Shown here: piece after piece, positions 14,424 through 26,131 of the stretch
How the letters are laid out: each line of letters starts with the position of its first letter
How positions within the stretch are numbered: position 1 is the stretch's first letter
Assembly: GCA_951406725.2 (NCBI GenBank)
Contig: OX597828.1
Location: forward strand, 42,098,001 to 42,162,000
Length of the DNA: 64,000 bases
Source: Octopus vulgaris
Lineage: Eukaryota
Reading direction: 5' to 3'
The notes under the pieces: generated by a model
The model's input: only the letters and a program-made list of their open reading frames with translations
What the model was told of the DNA's origin: nothing
The model's database searches: none
Program-made: the position numbers and the translations under genes

Positions 14424-14454
<31 letters not shown>

Positions 14455-14458
<4 letters not shown>

Positions 14459-14670
14459 GGGGGGGAGAGTTCACGAAAAAAGCCAAAAGACGAAGTCAGG
14501 TTGTGTACAAAACAAACAGATGTATTAGTATAACGCTCAGGAATTGAAAAAGTCTTTTACGTTTCGAGCCTACGCTCTTCTACAGAAAGGGACACAGAAA
14601 AAAAAAACAAGGAGAGAAAGAAGGAGAGAACAAAAGCGTGCGTAGTGGCTACCGATCTATCATGGCGACT
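14455..14670 (-). mobile_element. short Penelope-like element with variant hammerhead-like motif (14554-14589)
   Basis: Minus strand CTTT-CTGTAGA-A-GAGC-gtag-GCTC-GAAA-CG-TA-AAAG; paralogues at 35672 and 61240. Confidence 0.55.
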
Positions 14671-14774
14671 ATATATATTTATATATGTATGTATGTATAT
14701 ATGTATATATATATATATATATATACACATATATATGTATATATATATATATGTATGTATATATATGTGTGTGT

Positions 14775-14990
14775 GTGTATCTGTTTGTGTGTCTGCGTTT
14801 GTCCCCCCACTGTCAGTTGACAACCGATGTTGGTGTGTTTATGTACCCATAACTTAGCGGTTTGCCAAAAGAGATCGATAGAATAAGTACTAGATTTACA
14901 AAGAATAAGTCCTGGGAGTCGACTGGTTCGACTAAAGGCGGTGTTCCAGCATGGCCGCAGTCAAATGACTGAAACAAGTAAAAGAATAAA
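14775..14990 (+). mobile_element. SINE family B, 3' half
   Basis: TGACAACCGATGTTGGTGTGTTT...GATAGAATAAGTAC...CAGCATGGCCGCAGTCAAATGACTGAAACAAGTAAAAG. Confidence 0.8.
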
Positions 14991-15469
14991 GCTCGAGCCC
15001 AACTGGTTTGACATTGTTATCGAGGATTTTAATGACGTATTCTGTTCTGTCAATTCAACTGCTTCCTTTGCAGTTCTACGGATGAACCAAATGCGGGGAA
15101 TATTTTTAGTGTACGCGGAGTGAACTACAAATACATATGATCTCATAAGGGAGCTGATGAAACTTATGAAATTTCTAGGTTTGTAATTTCTACAGGAATG
15201 TATCACCAGTTTCTCGAAGCACTCCAGCCGTAATACGTAAACTTTATATTTCAGATAAATCAGATATTCTCAACCATACTTTCTAATCTATGGACTCCTT
15301 TGATTACTATTTTATTCTGGTGAAACCCAATAACCATTCGATGTTTACAAACCATTTTATAAAAAACTTCTTTCAAAATTCCTGTTTTGTTTTTCACAGA
15401 TCAATTTCTGTAGGTTGAACAATGTAAAACGTTAAAGATTAAAAACCTAGCGTTAAAGATTTAAAAACA

Positions 15470-15658
15470 GGAAGAAAGAGTGAGAGAAAGTTGGAGCGAA
15501 AGAGTACAACAGGGGTCACCACAACCCCCTGCCGGAGCCTCGTGAAGCTTTAGGTGTTTTCGCTCAATAAACACACACAACGCCCGGTCTGGGAATCGAA
15601 ACCGCGATCCTCCGACCGCGAGTCCGCTGCCCTAACCACTGGGTCATTGCGCCTCCAC
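15470..15658 (-). mobile_element. SINE family C, 5' part
   Basis: Reverse complement of the family C head. Confidence 0.8.
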
Positions 15659-15734
15659 TTGCTGCTGCTGCTACTACAACGACAACAGCAACTACTACTA
15701 CTACTATGAATATTACAACTACTGCTGCTGCTGT

Positions 15735-15797
<63 letters not shown>

Positions 15798-15811
15798 TAC
15801 TTCTACTTCTG

Positions 15812-15844
<33 letters not shown>

Positions 15845-16235
15845 TTGCTGCTGCTGCTATTGCATCGACGGTGTATGATTATCCAGTAAGTGGGCAGGGA
15901 TTATGATTATCGACAGGTCACTGATTTATGTTAAGTGACCACTAGCTCATCAGGCCCTCACTACGAACACTACCACCACCATCTCAAGCACCCTCCACCA
16001 ACAGCAACACCACCATCACTACTACACCATCATCACCAACACCATCCTCACCACTAACATCAAAAACAACTCTAATACCATTTTGAATACTACTTTCATT
16101 ACCGCCGCCGCCGCCTCCTCCAAGAAGAAGAAGAAGAAGAAGAAGAAGAAGAAGAAGAAGAAGAAGAAGAAGAAGAAGAAGAAGAAGAAAAGGAACAGCA
16201 ACAACGCTACCACCTCACATATAAGTATATATATA

Positions 16236-16504
16236 AATAAATAATTAATGTGCCCTTTTAAAGCCTAGCTAGGCTCATGGGCCGGTTTCCCGGCTTCCCG
16301 GTTTCAATGGCGTATATGTTCCCCAGCTGGACAGGACGCCAGTCCATCGCTGCGTTACTCATTTTTGCCAGCTGAGTGGACTGGAGCAAGGTGAAATGAA
16401 GTGTTTTGCTTAAGAACACAACGCGTCGCCTGGTCCAGGAATCGAAACCACAATCTTACGATCATGATACTGACATCCTAACCACTAAGCCACGCGCCTC
16501 CACG
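16236..16504 (-). mobile_element. CORE-SINE family D with 13 bp TSD
   Basis: tRNA head plus CORE-like segment on the minus strand; AAGTATATATATA at 16223-16235 and 16505-16517; paralogue at 55752-56001. Confidence 0.85.
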
Positions 16505-16535
16505 AAGTATATATATACACACACACACACACACC

Positions 16536-16829
16536 CATTCTCCTCGACTTACTATCATGTACCGTTCCAACTGACAGGTCGTAAGTCGATCTTGTCGTAT
16601 GTCGGTTTTATATATTGCAGCACTATTTTCATTCGAACGCAACTGGTACTTGAAAGCAACTGAGTGGCAGGCAGGGGATGCCTGGGTCTAAGGGGAGGGG
16701 ACTGCGTCGCCAAATGTTGCCATAGTTACCGTAAGCGCAGCTGCCCAGCTTGCTTTCGAAAATAAATTATTCATTTATTTATTCTTTGCGGATGGTCGTA
16801 GTTCGCATAGGTCGTAAGTCAAAGAGATG
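16536..16829. mobile_element. pogo/Tigger-like MITE
   Basis: Imperfect terminal inverted repeats CATTCTCCTCGACTTAC ... GTAAGTCAAAGAGATG, with repeated subterminal GGTCGTAAGTC motifs; ends in TA. Confidence 0.55.
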
Positions 16830-17179
16830 TATATATATATATATAGTGAGACATTGCGAACTGCTGTTCATATTGATTTTATATATACACATTTGCGAAT
16901 CATCACCAAATCATCCAATAATCTGAATGGCGAAAGCATAAATACAAATAGCGAAACAGGTCCGTAAAAAGCCGAACAATCGAGCGAGCTTAACTGATGA
17001 GGCGGCGGAAATAGCCGAAACTGACGTCAGTATTAAGAATTCTCGATCGGCACTTTCCGGACAATTAAGTTCCCTATTAATGTACATGTTTTCATTCATG
17101 TGCGTTAACTACAACATTAGAGAGGTTTAGTTCTTATTTCTAGCAATGTAGGTGTTTCCCAACACCCTAGTCACATTTA

Positions 17180-17228
<49 letters not shown>

Positions 17229-17481
17229 AAAGTAAGATAGGGGCTATGACGGTAACTCACTATTGGGATATCAGTTATCCAATATACTGCTGGTAAAGTA
17301 CCTAAATACTAAATACATAAATGCTATATTGTATATTGTTTTGCATATTGATGTATATTGTTTTGTTCGATTTTCATGTTCCCATTTGTATAATTAATAA
17401 ATAATGTGAAATTGTAATATCCGTAAGTTGATGATCGAATTGAATTTGTTCCTCCATTATCTTATATATATATATATATAT

Positions 17482-17690
17482 AGTCGATTCAAATAAATAA
17501 TCAATAAAAAATAATCAATTAAAAAACCGATAATAAAGTTAACGGTCAGCAAGAGGACGTGTACAAGGAATGTATTAGCTCTAAAAGAGGGAGTTTGACG
17601 TTTCGAGCTTAGCTCTTCGTCAGAAAGGAGTAAGGGAAAAGTCCAATGAATGAAAAGAAATCAGCAACAGCACGTTTGTGGTTACATATA
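17482..17690 (-). mobile_element. short Penelope-like element with canonical minimal hammerhead core (17594-17626)
   Basis: Minus strand TTT-CTGACGA-A-GAGC-taa-GCTC-GAAA-CG-TC-AAA. Confidence 0.65.
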
Positions 17691-17753
17691 GTTTGGAACT
17701 TGAAAATTATCAAATTAGAGATTAGTGTGGAAAAAAAATTATGAGAAGCAAAC

Positions 17754-18170
17754 AGGCGCAGGAGTGGCTGTGTGGTAAGTAGCTTACTAACCAACCACAT
17801 GGTTCCGGGTTCAGTCCCACTGCATGGCACCTTGGGCAAGTGTCTTCTGCTATAGCCCCGGGCCGACCAATGCCTTGTGAGTGGATTTGGTAGACGGAAA
17901 CTGAAAGAAGCCTGTCGTATATATGTATATGTATATATATGTATGTGTGTGTGTGTTTGTGTGTCTGTGTTTGTCCCCCTAGCGTTGCTTGACAACCGAT
18001 GCTGGTGTGTTTACGTCTCCGTCACTTAGCGGTTCGGCAAAAGAGACCGATAGAATAAGTACTGGGCTTACAAAGAATAAGTCCCGGGGTCGATTTGCTC
18101 GACTAAAGGCGATGCTCCAGCAATGCCGCAGTCAAATGACTGAAACAAGTAAAAGAAAAGAGTAAAAGAG
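17754..18170 (+). mobile_element. full-length tRNA-derived SINE family B with internal (TA)/(TG) microsatellite
   Basis: A box TGGCTGTGTGG, B box GGTTCAGTCCC, CORE-like ACCTTGGGCAAGTG, GAGTAAAA-type tail; more than 10 related copies or fragments in the window. Confidence 0.9.
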
Positions 18171-18835
18171 AGACAAAATAATTTTGATTGTTAAACACCA
18201 AAAATATATCTAGATATTTGTTGGCAACATCGATTACAATTGGGTGAAATTTGAGGACAAAATGTTATGAAAAATGTTATGAAAAAACTACATGTCGCCT
18301 GTTTCAAACAATCTCAACTTCAACGACTACTATGCTGACCAGTTTTTACAACTAGGGTAAAATAAAAAAATGATGCAATACTTGCAATGTAATGGTTCTA
18401 AACAAGTATGGAGAAAATATGAAGAAATCAGAAATCCTTCACTTTGCCCACCTCCTATCTTCTGTTTTCTTTTTATTGAATGAAATAATGGCTTTTTAGA
18501 CGATGTTACGCATTTCTGGAGGAAATAGTTCAGTTTAAATGATTCTACTCCAGTTATGACTGGTACATATTTTATTGATTCTGAATGGATAAAAGGCGCC
18601 AAAAAAAAAAACCCGGATTAGAAATCAGAACATCATCATCATCATCGTCGTCGGAGCCGTCATCATCATAACCATCATCATCATCATCATCATCATCATC
18701 ATTATCATCATCATCATCATTTCTTTATATGTATATGTATGAGTATAAATGCTTATGTACACACATACACACACAGACACATACACACATACACATACAT
18801 ACATGCATACATACATACATACATACATACATACA

Positions 18836-18871
<36 letters not shown>

Positions 18872-19180
18872 TATAAGGCTAATATTGGTCAAATGAGACA
18901 TACTTATCTACATGGCCGAAACAGCTGTAAGATGTAATCTATACTTATATTTATAGTTACTTATATTTATATTCTCTTTTTTTATATATATTCTACTTAT
19001 TATACAACATTACTCTTTTATGTACACTTTTTTATGTACATTCCTTTATGTACACTGATTTGTTCTGCTTTTTTACGTTTAACCCTACAGTCTCTTATGT
19101 GGTAATTTAATAAAGTATGTGATTGAGTATTATCTGATAATTGATATTTGATTTAGATGTATTTCTCCATTTTCTTATCT

Positions 19181-19252
<72 letters not shown>

Positions 19253-19914
19253 TATCTAAATATATATACATATATACATATAACATGGCCTATTGGTTAG
19301 GGTGTCTCACTCACGATTGCGAGATCGTGGTTTCGATTCTCAGATTGGCCTTTGCGTTGTGTTCTTCAGCAAAGCACTTCATTTCACGTTGCTCTGCGAT
19401 AAATAGACATGGCTAGATAAATAACTATTGGTGTCTTGATGGATGTTAGTCTCTATGTATACTCATGAATTCACTCCAAATTTATGTTCCAGCAGACTTT
19501 ATACATCAAGTCTCTATATTGGCTCCAAACCAGTTTACCGCCGCTTTTAAAATACCCCCATTCCAGAAATCCCTTAAACTTCGCATCAACTTAACGCCGC
19601 CTTCAAAACGCTTCCGATCTAGAAATCCCTTCAATTTCTCACCATCTTAATGTCGTCTTCAGTCTGCCTCCACTCCAGATATCCATCAGATCCTAACCAC
19701 CACTGCCGACTTAACGCCGACTTCAAATTACTCCCAGTTCAGAAATCCCTTAGACCTCCTCACCTACCCTCCACCACCAACAACAACAACATAACGCCTC
19801 CATCAAATTACCTCCACTCCAGACATCACTCAGATCTCACCTACTAAAAGTCACCTTAAGAATGCTTGCTCAGCATCTTCCTCGACTTCGCGTCAGCGTC
19901 AGACGGCCTTCACG

Positions 19915-20480
19915 TAGACTTCACATAACATTCACGCCACCTTCACATAACTTTCACGGTACCTTCGCATAACTTTCACGCTTACCTTCACATAACTTTC
20001 ACGTTACCTTCACATAGTGGAGGCGCAATGGTCCAGTGGTTAGAGCAGCGAACTCGCGGTCGTAGGATCGCGATTTCGATTCCCAGACCGGGCGTTGTGA
20101 GTGTTTATTGAGCGAAAATACCTAAAGCTCTGGCAGGGATGGTGCTGATCCCTGCTGTACTCTTTCACCACAACTTTCTCTCACTCTTACTTCCTGTTTC
20201 TGTTGTACCTGTACTTCAAAGGGCCAGCCTTGTCACTCTCTGTGTCACGCTGAATATCCCCGAGAACTACGTTAAGGGTACACGTGTCTGTGGTGTGCTC
20301 AGCCACTTACACGTTAATTTCACAATCAGGCTGTTCCGTTGATCGGATCAACCGGAACCCTCGTCGTCGTAACCGACGGAGTGCTTCAACCTTCACATAA
20401 CTTTCACGTTACCTTCGCATAACTTTCACGCTACCTTCACATCACATCACATTCGCACTACCTTCACACCGTCTCCGCGC
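19915..20480. repeat. 22 bp minisatellite (ACCTTCACATAACTTTCACGTT) interrupted by a SINE
   Basis: Units visible on both sides of the SINE at 20017-20388. Confidence 0.8.
20017..20388 (+). mobile_element. SINE family C
   Basis: Full head and tail; flanked by ACCTTCACATA (20006-20016, 20389-20399). Confidence 0.9.
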
Positions 20481-20967
20481 GTCTTCACAACCGACTTCAC
20501 ATGATATACTCACGAACTTCACACTCGATAAAGTAGGAGAATAATCCAGTGTGTAGACAATGAAGAAACCTTACAGAAATCTGATACATCAAAATTTTTA
20601 ATCCTAAGTCGCTATAATCTGCTTAGGTGTGAAACAAATAAAATAAATCAAAACGGGAGATTTATAACAATCCGGTGAGCCGAAAAACAAAACCGAGAGA
20701 AAATAAATAATAAACGCACACTAACACACGCATTACCAGATTTATGTACATACTTACATACATATATTTATACACACACACACAAACACATACACAAACT
20801 TATATACACACACTAACGTACAATGATATATAAATGTATATAGGCATAAATACATGAGTACACATACTGAGAACGCACTCTCAGAAAAACGTAAACCACA
20901 CAACCCCAAATACGAACGTATAAGCATATATATGTATAATTATATATATATACATATATATATATTT

Positions 20968-21007
<40 letters not shown>

Positions 21008-21025
21008 TCACACGCACATATATAT

Positions 21026-21102
<77 letters not shown>

Positions 21103-21122
21103 GGCATATGTATATATTAATG

Positions 21123-21190
<68 letters not shown>

Positions 21191-22230
21191 CGTGTATATA
21201 TATATATGTATATATATATGTATATGTACGTACTATTTACGTATATATATATGTGTGTGAGTGTGATGAGTCTGAGTACATACAGACACATTTATGCATA
21301 TATGTGTATTCATACATACATACACACACATATATATACATACATACACATATATACAAATATATGTATATATATATATATATATGCAGCAACACATACT
21401 CAAACATATAAATAATTACACAGTTTCACACACACACACACACGCACGCACACACACACACACACACACACACATACATACACACATACATACACACACA
21501 AACAGATATACTCATATATATTCATATACACACGTAACTTACATCTCGATTTGAATTTTGACCTTCACAAAATGGCAGACACATTATGCGTAGATAATTT
21601 TATACACGCAGTCGTGCTTCTGTATATATATATGCATGCTTACACCCACGCATACTAATGTTTCTCTCTTCCTTCACACTCATCTTTCTCCATTCTTCCT
21701 TCCTTCCTTCCTTCCTTCGTTTCCTTATTTATCTATTTTTTTATTTTATTTTTTTTATGTATTTATTTATTTATGTATTTATTTATTTATTTATTTATTT
21801 AGTCGACCTTAAACGTTTGGTTCCGGCAAGTTGTTACTTGGGTGACATACAAAGTTGAAGACTTTAATTTTTTTTTCTTTTTCTGCAATCCGCCTACACT
21901 ATACAAACAGACAGACAGACAGACAGACAGATAGATAGACAGACGTGTGTGTGTGTGTGTGTGTGCGCACGCGTGCGCATGCGCCTTTGTATTTCTGAGT
22001 GTGCCTGCTTTCGCTTTTCTGAAAGCGTATGTGTATGTCCATGTTGTGTGTGTGTGTGTGTGTGTGTAAGTAAATAAATATGTAAAAAGATATGTACTTT
22101 ATATAAATATAGGTATATATGTATATATGTGTGTGTGTTATCTATGTAATCTATGTAACCCCCCACACACACACACACACATATGCTCTGTGAGTGTATT
22201 TGATAGAGGAAAATTGAAAACAATTCGCTG

Positions 22231-22282
<52 letters not shown>

Positions 22283-22396
22283 TGTGTGTGTCTGTGTGTC
22301 TGAGTGTCTGTGTGTGTGTATGTTTGTATGTGTGTGTTGTAGCTATCTATCTATCTATCCATTTTGTCTCTCCCTCACTCTCCCTCTGTCTGTCTG

Positions 22397-22442
<46 letters not shown>

Positions 22443-22443
<1 letters not shown>

Positions 22444-22812
22444 CTCTCTCTATATAAACGGCAGTTTGTCTGTGCGTTTTCTGTGTGTCTGTTTTCTCGT
22501 ACCCTCACCCTGACCACGGCTTTCAACCGATTCTGATGAAACTTGACACACACATAGCCCAATGTCATAATTCAAAACTAACGCAGCGAAAATTTTGAAA
22601 AGTTCCCCCAGTTCTGAAAAAAATCGATAAATTCGACAAGGGGCCGAGAATCAGAAACACAAACCACAGACTGTCTAGGGGATGCAACTCGACCTTTTTA
22701 ACTAAAAAAAAATTTACCATAATTTTTTTTCCATTTTTTGGCTATAACTCTCTAAAAATGCTTTATAGTTATTTCCCTTACAAACCCGAGCAACGCCGGG
22801 TGATACTGCTAG
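22443..22812 (+). mobile_element. non-autonomous Helitron
   Basis: 5' TC after A, 3' hairpin CCCGAGCAACGCCGGG then CTAG followed by T, no TSD; near-identical copy at 62354-62737. Confidence 0.85.
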
Positions 22813-22844
22813 TATATATATATATATATGTATTCATAGACATA

Positions 22845-23050
22845 GGCGCGGACGTGGATGCTTGGTAAGAAGTTTGCTTACCAACCACATGGTTCTGAGT
22901 GACACCTTGGACAAGTGTCTTCTACTACAGCTTCGGGCCGACCAAAGCCTTGTGAGTGGATTCGGTAGACGGAAACTGAAAGAAGCCCGTCATATATATA
23001 TATATCTATCTATGTGTGTATGTGTCCTTATGTCTGTGTTTGTACCCCCA
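22845..23050 (+). mobile_element. SINE family B, 5' half
   Basis: Similar to the 17754 copy. Confidence 0.75.
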
Positions 23051-23234
23051 CCCACTTGTGCGTGCAAGGAAACGTGTGAGTAGACGGAAAAAAAGAACCA
23101 AAAAAAAAGGTACCAGCGATAGATCGGGGCTTGTGGGGTCGGAGCGTGGCCTGATCATCGCTTCATTAGTATTGTCCCTGTTTATATTTTATTTAATTTT
23201 TAAAAGTCGCATTTTATGTAAAAATCATAACGCA

Positions 23235-23655
23235 TTACTGATCCCATCAGTTGTTCTGTCCATTTCTGTGTTTGCCCCCGGTGGGCAATAAAGAAATTGG
23301 TATTTCGTCTTCACCTTCTGAATTCTAATTCCCCGGAAGTCAACTTTGCTTTTCATCTTTCCGGGGTCGATAAATTAAGTACCAGTTTCGTACTGGGTCG
23401 ATCTAATCGACTGTCCCCCTCCTCCAACATTTTGGGCCTTGTGCCTAGAGTAGAAAAGAAACGTTAGCACGCCGGGCGAAATGCTTAGCGGTATTTCGTC
23501 TGTCTTTACATTCTGAGTTCAAATTCTGCCGAGGTCAACTTTGCCTTTCATCCCTTCGGGGTCGATTAAATAAGTGCCAGTTACGCACTTGGGTCGATAT
23601 AATTGACTTGCCCTTTTCTCCCCAAAATTTCAAGGCTTTGCGCCTCAAGTAGAAA
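23235..23655 (+). mobile_element. SINE family A, tandem units
   Basis: Two GGGGTCGATAAATTAAGTACCAG-type cores joined head to tail. Confidence 0.8.
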
Positions 23656-24220
23656 TGACTGTAGATGTTCATATATGTTCGTATATGAAACTATACAATG
23701 CAGCTGTATATACCAGCAAAATGTTACCGCTTGAAACCCTAACGAGGCAGTAAAAATACACAGAACTAGATGGGAATGTATGTATGTGTGTTTGTGCGTA
23801 AGTATGTGTATGTATGTACATGTATATATACATATGTGTGTATGTGTGTGTGTGTGCGTGTGCATGCGCTCGTGTGTATGCGTATATATATGTAGGTGCA
23901 GGAGTGGCTCTGTGGTAAGTAGCTTGCTTACCAACCACGTGTTTCCGGGATCAGTCCCACTACATGGCACCTTGGGCAAGTGTCTTCTATTTTAGCAGGA
24001 TGGGACAGTAGCAGGATGGGTCGAAACGATCGTTGTACAGAATAAAGATCAATACCAAATCCATCTTCTGGTTACTTAATCAACGGAAATATACTCTAAC
24101 TGCGGATGTCACCAGATAGCCTAAACTGTACTGTGCTTTTTACTCATCACTTCAACACACTAATTGACAATACCCAATTGTCCAAAATATAACATGCATA
24201 CATACATACTTATATATATA

Positions 24221-24586
24221 TATATAAAATTTAAAGGACTGACCACTAAAAGTGGACAGTCAATATGCTATATATAGACGTCAAAATCGCTATTTTCCAC
24301 GAATAATGTGTTCTCAAGAAAAAACTCAGCAAAAGACCAAAGTGTAAAAAATAAGCAAGACAAATGAAAATATACGAATATTCCGTATATTTTCATTGAG
24401 TTTTTTCTTGGGAACACATTCTTCGTCGAAAATAGCGATTTTGACGTCTATATCTAGCATATTGACTGTTCACTTTTAGTGGTCAGTCCTTTAAATTTTG
24501 TATGTAAAAAATATTTTAATCTTCGGATTTTTTAATATGCTAGGCCACTGGTTTTAATTGATTAATATCAATTTCTACCCTTATTC

Positions 24587-24592
<6 letters not shown>
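24221..24592. repeat. fold-back element between (TA)n tracts, hairpin family copy 2
   Basis: 24221-24328 pairs with 24397-24506; inner hairpin at 24363-24397; AATATGCTAGGCCACTGG at 24534-24551. Confidence 0.85.
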
Positions 24593-24661
<69 letters not shown>

Positions 24662-24694
24662 AATGTGTATTTATGTGTGTATTATCTATGTATA

Positions 24695-24930
24695 CAGGGT
24701 GTTCCAAAAGTAGGTTTACAGTTATCATGTAGGCACTTTAAATTTCTTTTAAAGCATTTTTTTACATTTAATTTTCTATCATTCAAGCTGAAATGGGAGC
24801 TTGACAAAATTAACTAAATTAGCATAGAATAATGGTTTCATATTTTTTTGTAATTAAGATCTAAACTGTTAATATATAAATGCGAAAGAGAAAGTAGAAT
24901 AACTGTAAACCTACTTTTGGGGCCACCATG
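24695..24930. mobile_element. Tc1/mariner-type MITE
   Basis: TIRs CAGGGTGTTCCAAAAGTAGGTTTACAGTT / AACTGTAAACCTACTTTTGGGGCCACCATG with TA on both sides. Confidence 0.85.
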
Positions 24931-25530
24931 TATATATAAAGACCACACCCAGAGACACAGGTGAGGAAACAAATAGATCGATGCTTTGGTAAAGAAGTGT
25001 TTTTGAGATACTCAACCTGTTGCTCTCAGCGTCAGAAATTCAGTGAATTATCGATTTGTCAACTGGAAATTCTTAAGGACGCTATTTTTAACAAGTTGTC
25101 ATACTAAAATGATATGCATGCTGTGATATATAACTGTTTTGGGACGTCTATGTGTGTGTTTGTGCGTGTAATAGTGGGTGACATTGTGCTTGTATCAAAG
25201 GCGGAGTACTAGTAGAATCGTTACTGCTCCGGACAAAATGCTTAGCGACATTACTTCCGGTTCTTCACGATCTAAATTCATATAACGCAACTGTCAATGT
25301 TGTCTTTCATTCTCTCAGAGTTGATAAATCATTGTAACAGTCAAGCACGTACTGAAATCATGCATCGACTCACCCCGCTCCATTTAAATATTACTAGACT
25401 TGAACCGAAATTTTTAATTATTATATGTACAGTAATCCCTCGACTATCGCGGGTGCTACGTTCCAAACCCCACCCCCTGCGATAGGTGAAAATCCGTGAA
25501 GTAGAAACAGTAGTGTACTGTGTATATATG

Positions 25531-25790
25531 TGGAGGTGCAATGGCCTAGTGGTTAGGGCGGCGGATTCGTGGTCATAGGATCGTGGTTTCGATTCCCAGA
25601 CCGGCAGGGGGTGATGGCGACCCCTGTTGTACTCTTTCGCCCCAACTTTCTCTCACACTTTCTTCCTGTTTCTTGAGTAACGCTGCGATGGACTGGCGTC
25701 CCGTCCAGCTGGGGGAAAACATTCACCATAGAAACCGGGAAACCGGGCCCATGAGCCTGGCTAGGCTTTAAAAGGGCGCATAAATATATA
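25531..25790 (+). mobile_element. chimeric SINE (family C head, family D tail) nested in the Tigger element
   Basis: GGAGGTGCAATGGCCTAGTGGTTAGG head, then GAGTAACGCTGCGATGGACTGGCGTCCCGTCCAGCTGGGG...CTAGGCTTTAAAAGGGC tail. Confidence 0.8.
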
Positions 25791-26131
25791 ATACTGTATA
25801 TATATTAGTATCCATGTCTTCTCTTTTTTGCGGGTGAGAAATATAGCGATGAGCAGTTGCTGGCGCTGTCTTTTCTTCTATGTAAGGAGGCTTTTATAAA
25901 CTTCCATGGCTCCATCGATTGCATTTCTGAACTGTAACGCCCGAATCATCTGGGGGTCCTGATCTCCCCATATTCTCTGAAATTCTTTTGCCGTTTTTGT
26001 TAGAGTTGAGAGGCGTTCTAGTGATAGGCCGATTTCTTCTTCCCTTGCATCCTCATGTTCTTCTTTCTCACTTTCTGATTTCGTTATCTCTGTCAGAACT
26101 TCATCCGTTAACGGATCTGAGTGGGCCTCGA

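Larger units (their letters stand above)
13898..14425. mobile_element. Penelope-like remnant with an 84 bp inverted terminal repeat, between (TA)n tracts
   Basis: 13898-13981 is the reverse complement of 14277-14360 (2 differences seen); each arm contains a hammerhead core. Confidence 0.7.

Noticed and set aside
14990-15400. Possible Tc1 transposase remnant
   Set aside because: Only one weak peptide resemblance (EYVIKILDNNVKP), many stops and no TIRs.
20017-20095. tRNA-like sequences at SINE heads
   Set aside because: A and B boxes are present but there is no intact cloverleaf, and each continues into a SINE body, so they are not tRNA genes.
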